Source of the DNA: Candidatus Latescibacterota bacterium
GTDB taxonomy: Bacteria > Latescibacterota > UBA2968
Assembly (NCBI GenBank): GCA_965204375.1
Contig: OZ241986.1
Span: 2,816,001-2,880,000, forward strand
DNA length: 64,000 nt
Reading direction: 5' to 3'
Shown here: positions 38,729-47,808 of the stretch, piece after piece
Layout of the letters: the number at the start of each line of letters is the position of its first letter
Position numbering within the stretch: position 1 is the stretch's first letter
Notes under the pieces: model-generated
The model's input: only the letters and a program-made list of their open reading frames with translations
Databases searched by the model: none
What the model was told of the DNA's origin: nothing
Translations under genes and position numbers: made by a program

Positions 38729-40657
38729 TTACCACCTGTTGAGTTTGTGGCCATTGCCCGGGAAAAAAAGCGCATCCACAACAACGCCCAATGCAATACC
38801 GGCAATTTGACCGGCGAGCATACCCAGAAACAAAGGCGCGATTTTGCGATAGAGTTCAAGACCGCCAAATTTGAGAACGAGCGTTTTAATCGCCCAGCTA
38901 AAGAAAATAGAAAAAAGGCTACTGCGCAAGACACCTGACGATGAAATCGTAAACCCAATCGGATGAAGTGGAAAGTGGGGAAAGCGATAGCGGATATAGA
39001 GCAAAATACCTGTAAAAACGGCGCCAATACCCAAAAAACGCACGCGATTCCAATCCGTACTCATCGTCCCGGCGTGTATGCGGTTGGCGGTATAAGTCCA
39101 CGAACCCACGGCACCATCAGCGGACCCATTAAAACTAACCACCCCAAAATTATAGCTGCCAATACCGTAATAACCCTGATAGAGAGTAAAAGCAATAACA
39201 GTGGTTGCGCCGATCAGTGCACCTGTGGCAATCGCGGGAACAAAAGCGCGGCGGCGTTCGGCGGGCACAACCGCGGCCAGACGAGGGACATGCGCCAGCG
39301 TTGTAATCGCAAAAGTTTTGGCATCGCAAAAAAATGTGTACGTCAGCCCCAGTGCAACAGCGCTCGGCGCCCCCATACCCGCAGCACCAAGGACATGCCA
39401 GGTAAATGCCTGAGCAGTAATAGGACCGCGCAAAAATACCAGACCGCTCTCGGCGATAATATGTGCAAGACCGAGATAGAGAATCAGCGTAGCCCCCCAA
39501 AAGGTGAGTAAGGTAAGGACATTCATACCCGATTGCACGAGAAAGAAAACCGTATAAATACTGCACAAGATCAAAATAATAAACGCCGTGCGATAGGATA
39601 AAAGTTCCCCCTCATCATCTATCTGCGTATTGCGAGACCACACCTTGTGCCAGACATCGCGCAAATGTGCGCGCGCCATCCACAGCCCCCACAGAACGAG
39701 AACAATAAAACCACCAAAACTCTGCCACCCAATAGCCGGGGCCATAGAACACCACATATCGGAACCGCCAAAATCCAATCCAAAGCGATTGAAAATGCCA
39801 ACCTGAAGAATCGCGAGCAGGTGAAAAAACCAGATGCTGTACAACACATCTGATTTCGTGAAATAGGCAAATGCAATCGTCATCGGCTGAAAGAGAAACC
39901 ACAGCGGTGGAAAACCGCGACCAATGGGGATATTGATCTGCCTCATAACATCCAGACGGGGCAATGCCGTGACAAACCATGAGGCGACATTCCAGCAAAA
40001 AACGCCAAAAATGAGCGCAAATCCAATCTGAAAAAAGCGCGAGCGAACGAGGTTGGCAAACGCATCTTTTGAATTACCCGTACCCGTCAGTTCGAGAAGT
40101 GCCGTGGCAATGGGAAAAGAGAGCCGTTCGTATTCCATCCACTGTTTGCGAAGGAGAATGACCACACAGAAATTGGCGAGAAATACAGCGCCCAAAAAAA
40201 GGACCCAGCCGGGAAAAAGTGCGATCCACGCATCCCAGGGAAAAGGGGCACCGGGCGGCAGCCCTTCGTAAAACCCCGTAGCCGCAGCGCGGTCTGTCAG
40301 CACATTCCACTCGGTAAAATACGGCCATAGCCTTTCGGCCCACATATTTTGCGTTGAAGCAAAATAAATGGGTGCAGTAACAACGCCGAGAAAATAACCC
40401 GAAAGCCACTCGCCTTGCATATTGGCAGCCACCATGCCAATGCTACATATCGCGATGAGCTCAAAGGACGAGAGGCCCCTGAATCTGCGCGAAAAAACGT
40501 GATTAAAAGCGAGCAAGGCCAAAAAGGGAATGAGAAAAGCCACAGACAAATGGGCAAAATCCCCACGGGAAGAACGCAGAATCAGGCTGCTATACGCAGG
40601 CCAAAAATTCACCCAAACAGACAAGCAAAGGCCAATAATGAGAGCGCGAATGGTCAT
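38729..40657 (-). CDS. Second DUF6785/DUF6784-like polytopic membrane protein
   Basis: T.RALIIG, LRKQWMEYERLSFP, FPLHPIGF, KFGGLELYR...PLFLG, FFPGNGH. Paralog of 30588-32534. Confidence 0.75.
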   Translation of the reverse strand: MTIRALIIGLCLSVWVNFWPAYSSLILRSSRGDFAHLSVAFLIPFLALLAFNHVFSRRFRGLSSFELIAICSIGMVAANMQGEWLSGYFLGVVTAPIYFASTQNMWAERLWPYFTEWNVLTDRAAATGFYEGLPPGAPFPWDAWIALFPGWVLFLGAVFLANFCVVILLRKQWMEYERLSFPIATALLELTGTGNSKDAFANLVRSRFFQIGFALIFGVFCWNVASWFVTALPRLDVMRQINIPIGRGFPPLWFLFQPMTIAFAYFTKSDVLYSIWFFHLLAILQVGIFNRFGLDFGGSDMWCSMAPAIGWQSFGGFIVLVLWGLWMARAHLRDVWHKVWSRNTQIDDEGELLSYRTAFIILILCSIYTVFFLVQSGMNVLTLLTFWGATLILYLGLAHIIAESGLVFLRGPITAQAFTWHVLGAAGMGAPSAVALGLTYTFFCDAKTFAITTLAHVPRLAAVVPAERRRAFVPAIATGALIGATTVIAFTLYQGYYGIGSYNFGVVSFNGSADGAVGSWTYTANRIHAGTMSTDWNRVRFLGIGAVFTGILLYIRYRFPHFPLHPIGFTISSSGVLRSSLFSIFFSWAIKTLVLKFGGLELYRKIAPLFLGMLAGQIAGIALGVVVDALFFPGNGHKLNRW

Positions 40658-40781
40658 AGGACACTGAAATATGGAGAGAGAAAAAAAAGGGCGTCCATAA
40701 TAACACTGAGAACAGCGTCGGTCAAGCTGCGTAAAGAACTGGAGACTGGGATGAGGGGCCTGATAACTGGATACCGACCAC

Positions 40782-41699
40782 TTATTTCATTGCCAGATCA
40801 TCGAGCCATTGTGTCACGCTGTGTTGATTGCCCTGGATAAAAACAGGCGCGAGAGACCCGCGGGCGTGCAGGGCGTGGATGAGACGGTCAATGGCGATGA
40901 GTTGTTCGCCGGGAGTTTTGCACCGGGGCCAGTGGCTCACAAATTGGCGAATGGGCGCGAGATTGCCCGTGTGTGCATATCTGTCGTATTGTTTTTTCCA
41001 CGATTGCCATGTGAAGGCGTGACCACAGGCCGCGCAATTTAAGTATTCAACCTTGCGCTTTTGCCGTTTTGTGAAAACTTGCCATTTTTTCTCATAACCA
41101 CAGTGCGTGCAACAAAACATAGCGGACGTGTATTCGCCTTGCCTTTTGCAGTTGGGACATGTGAGATCCCAATGAGAAGACACCTTTCTTGTATTGGATG
41201 ATCCCAATTTTGAAGATGGTGGCTTGCGTAAGATATTGTTGCAATGCGGGCAAGGGAGTCGCACGCGGTGTTTGATGGATTGACGATATTTCTGCCATGT
41301 CCAGATCTGTTTGCAGGAAGAACAGGTGAGCGTGTTAGTGCTATAATTCCATGCCAATATTTTGCGACAATCAAAGCAGCGCGGGTGGTTGCGAAGTGCG
41401 TCTCTGCAATCGTGCCAGGTTATTTTTTCTCCACAGATTGGACATGAGAATTGCGATGCAGATGGTTGAGCAGAAGGTCGTTCCCGATAGAAGTTCCGCC
41501 GATAGACGATTTGGTCGCACTGTGGACAGGGTACCTGGCCTCGCCTGGCCTGTCCAAACATCAAGACTGCTTCGCCGCGTGCGTAGAGGCCCCACCCAAT
41601 GTGCATGAGTTTGTCCTCGTCGAAAATACCGCGGCGTATGCACTGATAGAGTTGGCGGACGCGCCAGGGTTTAAGGCGAGGTGTCCCTTGCATGGTCAT
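40782..41699 (-). CDS. Hypothetical basic protein with eight CxxC motifs (multi-zinc-ribbon)
   Basis: CPQC, CPIC, CFDC, CSSC, CPHC, CPNC, CTHC, CAAC. AAGGA RBS. Confidence 0.7.
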   Translation of the reverse strand: MTMQGTPRLKPWRVRQLYQCIRRGIFDEDKLMHIGWGLYARGEAVLMFGQARRGQVPCPQCDQIVYRRNFYRERPSAQPSASQFSCPICGEKITWHDCRDALRNHPRCFDCRKILAWNYSTNTLTCSSCKQIWTWQKYRQSIKHRVRLPCPHCNNILRKPPSSKLGSSNTRKVSSHWDLTCPNCKRQGEYTSAMFCCTHCGYEKKWQVFTKRQKRKVEYLNCAACGHAFTWQSWKKQYDRYAHTGNLAPIRQFVSHWPRCKTPGEQLIAIDRLIHALHARGSLAPVFIQGNQHSVTQWLDDLAMK

Positions 41700-41779
41700 A
41701 TCCTTTGTTTGTCGCGTTCTGATCTGAAGATACAGTGCAAAAAGTCCTCACACAAGTCCCCCCTTCCTGTGCCGATACC

Positions 41780-41808
41780 TTGACATGAGAAAAATCGCGA
41801 CTTATCAT
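41780..41808 (+). promoter_or_regulatory. Sigma70-type promoter of the 41998-47533 gene run
   Basis: TTGACA-17 nt-TATCAT. Confidence 0.7.
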
Positions 41809-41868
41809 GAGCGTCCAAAACGCGAATAGACGGAGCGGGATAAAATTGGTCGTTTCTCAGACCAATTC

Positions 41869-41979
41869 ATAGACGAATAGACGAATAGACGAACCCCGCC
41901 CCACCACCCCAAGTCAGCGCGAACTCCGTCGTTGATTCGTAGATTCGCTTGATTCGCTGATTCGTTGATTCGTTGATTC
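41869..41979 (+). repeat. Modular intergenic element in a predicted 5' leader
   Basis: (atagacga)x3, core ccccgccccaccaccccaag (41894), about 6 gttgattc-type units. Confidence 0.85.
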
Positions 41980-41997
41980 ATTCAGACGAGGCTTATT

Positions 41998-42777
41998 ATG
42001 CGCCAGAAATTCTCGGGCATCCTGGAAGAAATGACCATAGACGACGTGCGATCACTCGCACCCAATGTGGCGGTCATACCCATAGGCTCCACCGAACCGC
42101 ACGGACCTGCATTGCCCTATGGGACGGACAGCTTTCAGGTCGAATACGTGGCTTACGGGGGCACGCGCAAAGCCAATGAATTGGGCGGTCGCGTCCTGTG
42201 TTTGCCCACACAGCGGATGAGCTTAAACAACAACTTCCGCGCTTTCCCATTCGCGTGCCGCATGCAAGTCTCCACATTTATGAACCTGTTGAAAGACCTC
42301 GTCACAATGTGCCGTGCAGAAAATGTACACCGCATTGTATTCATCAATGGTCACGGCGGCAACCCCGACACCATCCGCGCAGTACAGCGAGATTTGGCCG
42401 CACAAGATAACCTCTTCACCTGCTTGATCAGCACGGGATCCTGTGCATCAGAAGACGCAAAAGCGATATGGGAAAATCGCAGCGATCACGCAGGCGAAGA
42501 AGAAACCTCCCAAATCCTGTTCTTGCGCCCCGAACTCGTGCGCGAAGATCTGATAGCCAACAATCCTCCCCAATATCCCAAATTGAAAACACTGCGGGAA
42601 TTTCACATCGACTTTGTGCGCCCCTGGCATTTGTATTTGCCCACATCCGCAGGCGGCGATGCGCGAAAAGCCTCAGCGCAAAAAGGTGAAACAGTCTTAA
42701 ACTCAGGCGTGGAAGGAACCGCGCGATTCCTTGCTGAACTGTCACAGGCAGACGACTCAGAGACGTTTCCTTATTGA
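41998..42777 (+). CDS. Creatininase-family amidohydrolase
   Basis: IPIGSTEPHGPALPYGTD, INGHGGN, DHAGEEETS, AS..KG. Confidence 0.92.
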   Translation: MRQKFSGILEEMTIDDVRSLAPNVAVIPIGSTEPHGPALPYGTDSFQVEYVAYGGTRKANELGGRVLCLPTQRMSLNNNFRAFPFACRMQVSTFMNLLKDLVTMCRAENVHRIVFINGHGGNPDTIRAVQRDLAAQDNLFTCLISTGSCASEDAKAIWENRSDHAGEEETSQILFLRPELVREDLIANNPPQYPKLKTLREFHIDFVRPWHLYLPTSAGGDARKASAQKGETVLNSGVEGTARFLAELSQADDSETFPY

Positions 42778-42789
42778 AAGGACCTTAGC

Positions 42790-43878
42790 ATGATCACCTA
42801 CGACACACTCGGCGTAAAACCATTTATCAATGCGAGTGGCACCATTACCACACTCGGCGGTAGCTTAATGCCAGATGAGGTCCTGGAAGCGATGTGCGCG
42901 GCGGGAGGATCATTTGTCGATTTGAACGACCTGCTCGTAAAAGCAGGTGAATATCTGGCAGACCGCATTGGCGTACCTGCGGCCTTTATCTCGTGTGGTG
43001 CAGCCAGCGGTGTACAATTATCCGCCGCGGCGTGTTTGACGGGACCTGACATAGCAAAAGCGCGCCAGTTGCCGCATACACAGGGATGGCAAAACGAATT
43101 TGTAATCAGCCTGGTCGATAGTCATACGTACATCCATCAGGGCATAGAAGTCTGCGGAGGCAAACTCGTGCGAGTGGGCAGCAAACAAGCGGTAACCAGT
43201 GAAGACCTCATTGGCGGAATCGGCGAAAAAACAGCGGCTGTCGTACATTTTTTGGGCAAACAGAGCAAAGAACAACTCGCAGAAGTCATCGCCGGCGCAG
43301 AAAAAAAAGGCGTACCCGTCATGGTAGATGCGGCAGCACAGTTGCCTCCTCGTTCAAACTTAACCGAACTCGTCGAAATGGGTGCGAGCCTGGTGACATT
43401 CAGCGGCGGCAAGGGATTGTGTGGGCCTCAAAACAGCGGTCTGGTCGTGGGAAAAGCGGATTGCGTAGAAGCCGTGCGGATCAATGCAAGTCCCCACTCG
43501 GCAATTGGACGCGGCATGAAAGTGGGCAAAGAAGAAATCCTGGGATTGATCGCGGCTGTAGATCTGTTTTTGAGCCGAAGCGATGATGAAGACTGTCAGC
43601 GCTGGCACGGGCAAGTTCGCGTTGTTGTAGATGCAGTCAAAAATATCGCAACCGCCTATGTGATGACCGAAGGACAAGATGCTGCGCCCGAGATTGCGCC
43701 CCGCGCATACATAGACCTGCCGGAAGAACAGCGCGATGCCGTAATCCACGCATTGAAAGAGGGCGAGCCGTCAATTGTCGTACGGCGAAGTGCCAGAGGT
43801 ATTTTGATCGACCCGATGACCATGCAAATGGGAGAAGAAGCCGTAGTCACAGAAAAATTGCTGGAGGTATTGACATGA
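42790..43878 (+). CDS. SelA-like / DgaE-like PLP-dependent enzyme
   Basis: LGVKPFINASGTITTLGGS, VDAAA, FSGGKGLCGPQNSG, IGRGMKVGKEEI. Confidence 0.85.
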   Translation: MITYDTLGVKPFINASGTITTLGGSLMPDEVLEAMCAAGGSFVDLNDLLVKAGEYLADRIGVPAAFISCGAASGVQLSAAACLTGPDIAKARQLPHTQGWQNEFVISLVDSHTYIHQGIEVCGGKLVRVGSKQAVTSEDLIGGIGEKTAAVVHFLGKQSKEQLAEVIAGAEKKGVPVMVDAAAQLPPRSNLTELVEMGASLVTFSGGKGLCGPQNSGLVVGKADCVEAVRINASPHSAIGRGMKVGKEEILGLIAAVDLFLSRSDDEDCQRWHGQVRVVVDAVKNIATAYVMTEGQDAAPEIAPRAYIDLPEEQRDAVIHALKEGEPSIVVRRSARGILIDPMTMQMGEEAVVTEKLLEVLT

Positions 43879-44702
43879 TTGACGCGCATTTGCATCTCAC
43901 GCACAACGGCAGATCGGTTGAAGAAACCATCACACATATCGAAGCCATCGGCGCAGAAAAAGCCGTAATGCTACCCATTGAAGATGGCGACGACGAGTTT
44001 GGCTGGATGACCGAAGACATAGTAAAGGCCCATCGGGATCATCCGGCTACTATCATACCCTTCTGCCATGTAGATGTCACGCGAGAAGACACTGTGACCG
44101 AACTGGAAAAACGCGCAGCCAGCGGCATCTTTAAGGGCTATGGAGAACAGAAACAGCACCTGCGATTGGATGATCCACGACTGGAAAAAGTACTGGCAGT
44201 CTGCAATGAATTGAACTGGCCCGTAACCTGGCATTTCCAGGAAGGCGAGCGGGGATATAATCAGGGGATTGAACACCTCGAAGTACTACTAAAAAAATTC
44301 CCCAATATTAAATTCATCGGCCATGCCCAATCGTGGTGGGCGCATATCAGCGCCGACGTACCCGCCCCCGAAGAGACCTTATATCCCAAAGGCACCGTCA
44401 AACCCGGCGGCTTAATAGATCGGCTATTGGCAGACTATCCCAATATGTTTGCCGACTTATCCGCGGGTTCGGGTCTGGGCGGACTGACGCGAGACGAGGA
44501 TTTTACCGCGGGATTCCTGGCGCGTCATGGCAAAAAATTGATGTTTGCCACGGACTGCCCGTGCAGAGATGGCAAGGGTGCGGGCCTCTCCCGCGGCGCG
44601 TGCTTCGCGCAATTGAGTCTCCCATTCCTCAAGCGCATGCTCGCCCCCGATGCACTGGAGGATATCTTGCACAACAATGCAGTGAGAATTTTAAACCTGT
44701 GA
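43875..44702 (+). CDS. Amidohydrolase_2-family protein
   Basis: IDAHLH, GYGEQK, FIGHA, ADLSAGSG, FATDCP, NA.RIL. Confidence 0.88.
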   Translation: MIDAHLHLTHNGRSVEETITHIEAIGAEKAVMLPIEDGDDEFGWMTEDIVKAHRDHPATIIPFCHVDVTREDTVTELEKRAASGIFKGYGEQKQHLRLDDPRLEKVLAVCNELNWPVTWHFQEGERGYNQGIEHLEVLLKKFPNIKFIGHAQSWWAHISADVPAPEETLYPKGTVKPGGLIDRLLADYPNMFADLSAGSGLGGLTRDEDFTAGFLARHGKKLMFATDCPCRDGKGAGLSRGACFAQLSLPFLKRMLAPDALEDILHNNAVRILNL

Positions 44703-44730
44703 GAACCAGACTATCCTACAGGGGCGTGGT

Positions 44731-45645
44731 TTGAAAAGAATTTATGTGTTGCTGACAATGGACTGCGAGACGGCCAGATCCGACGTGACCCCACATGCGG
44801 GGCGGATGTCGGGCAGTGGCCCTGCGGATTACCGGGAGAGTGAACGGTCGATCTATTTTTACTTTGAGATCGCAAAGACGTACGGATTTCCAGTCACGTT
44901 TTTTGCACACCCGGAAGTAGCGCTTGAAAATGCAGATCTGCTTCAGACGCTGCAGGATCAGGGCGCGTGTTTGGGGCTACATTTGCATCCATATAAGCTC
45001 AGAGGGGGGAGATACAAATACGACCTGGGCGCGTATTCTGCGCGTACACAGCGCGAGATTATTCAAGAGGCAATGCAAGTATGGGCATCTGCGCTGGGCA
45101 AGGCGCCCCGTTATTTCAGAGCGGGTTATTTTTCCGCCAATGATTGCACATTCGGCGTGCTGCGCGAACTGGGATTTGTGGGCGGCAGTCTTTCAAATCC
45201 GGGGCGGGTTTTGCCCGCGCACTGCAGTGTTTGGGCCGGTGCAGAGCCCTATCCCCACCGGGCGCATCTGGGATTTCGTTTGATTCGAGGAAATAGCGAC
45301 TTTATCAATGTGCCGGTATCCGCAGCATTTGGCAGGCCGGTTGCGCAGGGCCATGCGGGCGAACGGGGTTATGAGTGGTCCTATGTTCCGCACACATACG
45401 ACCACAGGGCAATTATTCGGGATGTGCTGAATCGTTTCCGAACCGAAGATCCCCGGTTTGGCACCCTTGTGACGGACAGCCATAATGACCAGGACTATTC
45501 CAACCCCGGGCATCCCGCAAGGCAGAACCTGGAGTTGATACTCAGATCAATTGGAGATTTCTGCGAGCAAATGGAGATGCTCCCCGTGGGGATTACGCTC
45601 GATGCCCTGTGTGAGCTTGTCCTGGCGGATGGGGATGCCTATTAA
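44731..45645 (+). CDS. Polysaccharide deacetylase-like protein
   Basis: LTMDCE, PVTFF, LGLHLH, YFRAGYFS. TTG start. Confidence 0.7.
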   Translation: MKRIYVLLTMDCETARSDVTPHAGRMSGSGPADYRESERSIYFYFEIAKTYGFPVTFFAHPEVALENADLLQTLQDQGACLGLHLHPYKLRGGRYKYDLGAYSARTQREIIQEAMQVWASALGKAPRYFRAGYFSANDCTFGVLRELGFVGGSLSNPGRVLPAHCSVWAGAEPYPHRAHLGFRLIRGNSDFINVPVSAAFGRPVAQGHAGERGYEWSYVPHTYDHRAIIRDVLNRFRTEDPRFGTLVTDSHNDQDYSNPGHPARQNLELILRSIGDFCEQMEMLPVGITLDALCELVLADGDAY

Positions 45646-45658
45646 ATGGGAGGAGACC

Positions 45659-46471
45659 ATGCGCATCGATTCTCACGTACACGTATGGACAATGGGGACA
45701 CCGCCGTTTACCCATAATGATGGCATGACCGCGCAACGGCCCGATTATCCGGGGCTGGTGGAAAATCTCATCAGGTACATGGATCTCAATGAAATAGACC
45801 GCACTGTACTGATCCAGTGCATGTATCACGGGTATGACAATCGCTATATGTGCGATTGTTTGAGGCGCTTTCCAGATCGCCTGCACGGGGTAGCGCTGAT
45901 CGATCCCCTGAAACCCGACGCACCCGAAACGCTGGCGCGTCTGCACCGGGACCACGGGGTGCAGGGGATGCGATTGTATCCGATTAAAGATCGGGATGCG
46001 TCGTGGTTGTCAGACCCTGGACAGCATGCGCTTTGGGAGACGGCACAAAGGCTGGGCGTACCGTTTACATGGTTTGGACGCTGCCATCAGATTCCACTGC
46101 TGGAACCGATGTTACAGCAATTTCCCGAGGTAAATGTGATAGTAGATCACCTGGGCGAACCGATCCTGTCCGAGGGGCTGGATTTCGGGATCTTGCTGGC
46201 AGCGGCAAAGTATCCCAATCTCTTTGTTAAAGCGACCCGGATTGATGGGATTTCCGAGCAGTCCTGGCCACACGAGGATGTGTATCCCTATGTCAGAGCC
46301 GTGTACGAGGCTTTTGGACCTGAACGGATTCTGGGATGCACGGGATTTCCCGAGAATCCACAGCGCGGAGAAGCAGTTGGTTTTCGCGTAATTGAAGCGA
46401 TGGATTTTCTGTCAGATGAAGACAGAGCATGGATTTTGGGCAAAACAGCCGATACACTCTACAGCACATAG
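45659..46471 (+). CDS. Amidohydrolase_2-family (sugar lactonase-like) protein
   Basis: IDSHVHVW, GYDN.Y, G.RL, IVDHLG, AFGPERI, ILG.TA. GGAGG RBS. Confidence 0.85.
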   Translation: MRIDSHVHVWTMGTPPFTHNDGMTAQRPDYPGLVENLIRYMDLNEIDRTVLIQCMYHGYDNRYMCDCLRRFPDRLHGVALIDPLKPDAPETLARLHRDHGVQGMRLYPIKDRDASWLSDPGQHALWETAQRLGVPFTWFGRCHQIPLLEPMLQQFPEVNVIVDHLGEPILSEGLDFGILLAAAKYPNLFVKATRIDGISEQSWPHEDVYPYVRAVYEAFGPERILGCTGFPENPQRGEAVGFRVIEAMDFLSDEDRAWILGKTADTLYST

Positions 46472-46495
46472 GGAAAGACTGAAGGAGGGATTCAC

Positions 46496-47533
46496 ATGCA
46501 AATCTTTGATCGATATACAGATATCCTGCAGCGGATTGAGCAGAAGGGATACCCATCTCAGGTACTCGGACATACGCCGGATGGATCGCCGCTGGTATGT
46601 CTCAGGACCGGCGGAGAAAAAACGCCAGCCATCTTTATCAGCGCGGGTAGCCATTCGACAGAACAGGCCGGGGTAGGAGCGGCAATGGAACTTCTGGACG
46701 CGCTCGACACAGAACACCAGGTCTATGTGATTCCCACTCGAGACCCAATGGGAATGAACGGATATGCGTACGCACTGAGTTTAAGCCTCGGCGAAGAGCC
46801 AGAATTAAACGCCATAGAGGACGTCGAAAAAATCCTGAGAGCACGCGGCGAAGTACTCTACGAAGAAGGTGAAACAGTAGTCGCAATCATCGGCGAATAC
46901 GGGTATTCGACTGTGGGAATTTTTGGAAAATTCGACATAGGAGTCGATTTTTTAAAACCGCTCTTTGGGCGGCGCATTTTCTTTCCATCGAGTGCCGAAG
47001 GCATTGAAGGCACTGCCCTCTGCCAGAGAGCTTATACACTGATAGTGAGCCCAGAAGGCGAAGTATTGCACATCAATCGCTTTCACGACACAGCCTGGTC
47101 GCCCGTGGAACCGCGTTGCACGCGCAATTTGATGGCTGAAATTCAACCCGGACTGACCCTGGACCTGCACGAATACGGAGGAGACGGCTTCTGGTTCTCT
47201 GCCCGTCACCAGCGCAATGAGGATGATGAAATGTGGGAAAAGAGGATGGCAGATGCAATAATTCGGGCAGTTGCCGATTCCGGAGCCAACCTTGCGCCAG
47301 AAGGTTATACGCCCGGATCGTTTTTCGAGACAGGTGAACGCGGCGTATTCTGGTTAATTGCCCAGGAGCGAGGAGAGGGTCTAAATCTGGCCGATTACGG
47401 AGCGCATCAATACGGTCCATCATTTACGATCGAGACGGGAATGACCATGCAGGGCGGGTATCAGGAGCGCGTACAAACGTCTATGTTGGCAGCGCAAACC
47501 GCGATTTCGGTTTTTGAAGAACGCTGGCGTTGA
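46496..47533 (+). CDS. M14-like zinc carboxypeptidase/deacylase family protein
   Basis: AGSHSTE, P..DPMG, INR, LDLHE, FTIET. Confidence 0.72.
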   Translation: MQIFDRYTDILQRIEQKGYPSQVLGHTPDGSPLVCLRTGGEKTPAIFISAGSHSTEQAGVGAAMELLDALDTEHQVYVIPTRDPMGMNGYAYALSLSLGEEPELNAIEDVEKILRARGEVLYEEGETVVAIIGEYGYSTVGIFGKFDIGVDFLKPLFGRRIFFPSSAEGIEGTALCQRAYTLIVSPEGEVLHINRFHDTAWSPVEPRCTRNLMAEIQPGLTLDLHEYGGDGFWFSARHQRNEDDEMWEKRMADAIIRAVADSGANLAPEGYTPGSFFETGERGVFWLIAQERGEGLNLADYGAHQYGPSFTIETGMTMQGGYQERVQTSMLAAQTAISVFEERWR

Positions 47534-47550
47534 GTAAGGCGATAGCAGGT

Positions 47551-47808
47551 TCAGGCAGGAGATCGCGATTCTGAGATTAATGAACGGAGTGCTTTATTTA
47601 CAGAATTGGAATCGGGGAAATGTTGTTTTACATCTGGGTCTAACATAATAGAACCGTCTTCCTCTGTGAAACAGCGGGTTTCTATTGAGCCATCCTCTTT
47701 TCTTATTTTAACCGTATGTCCTTCACGGTAAGCCTTAAAATGTTTTCCCCGAACTCCGTCGGAGAAATCGTATTCCGATCGCATTTTCTTATTTTTATTG
47801 TCCTTCAT
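47551..47808 (-). CDS. BrnA-like antitoxin
   Basis: MRSEYDFS.GVRGK, LDPDV...FPDSNSVNKALRSLI. Overlaps the brnT stop. Confidence 0.82.
   Translation of the reverse strand: MKDNKNKKMRSEYDFSDGVRGKHFKAYREGHTVKIRKEDGSIETRCFTEEDGSIMLDPDVKQHFPDSNSVNKALRSLISESRSPA

Noticed and set aside
42790-43878. True selenocysteine synthase SelA supporting the Sec-ArsC call
   Set aside because: At 362 aa with the GRGMKVGKE motif, it fits the SelA-like/DgaE family. No selB or selC is nearby, so it is not evidence for Sec machinery.
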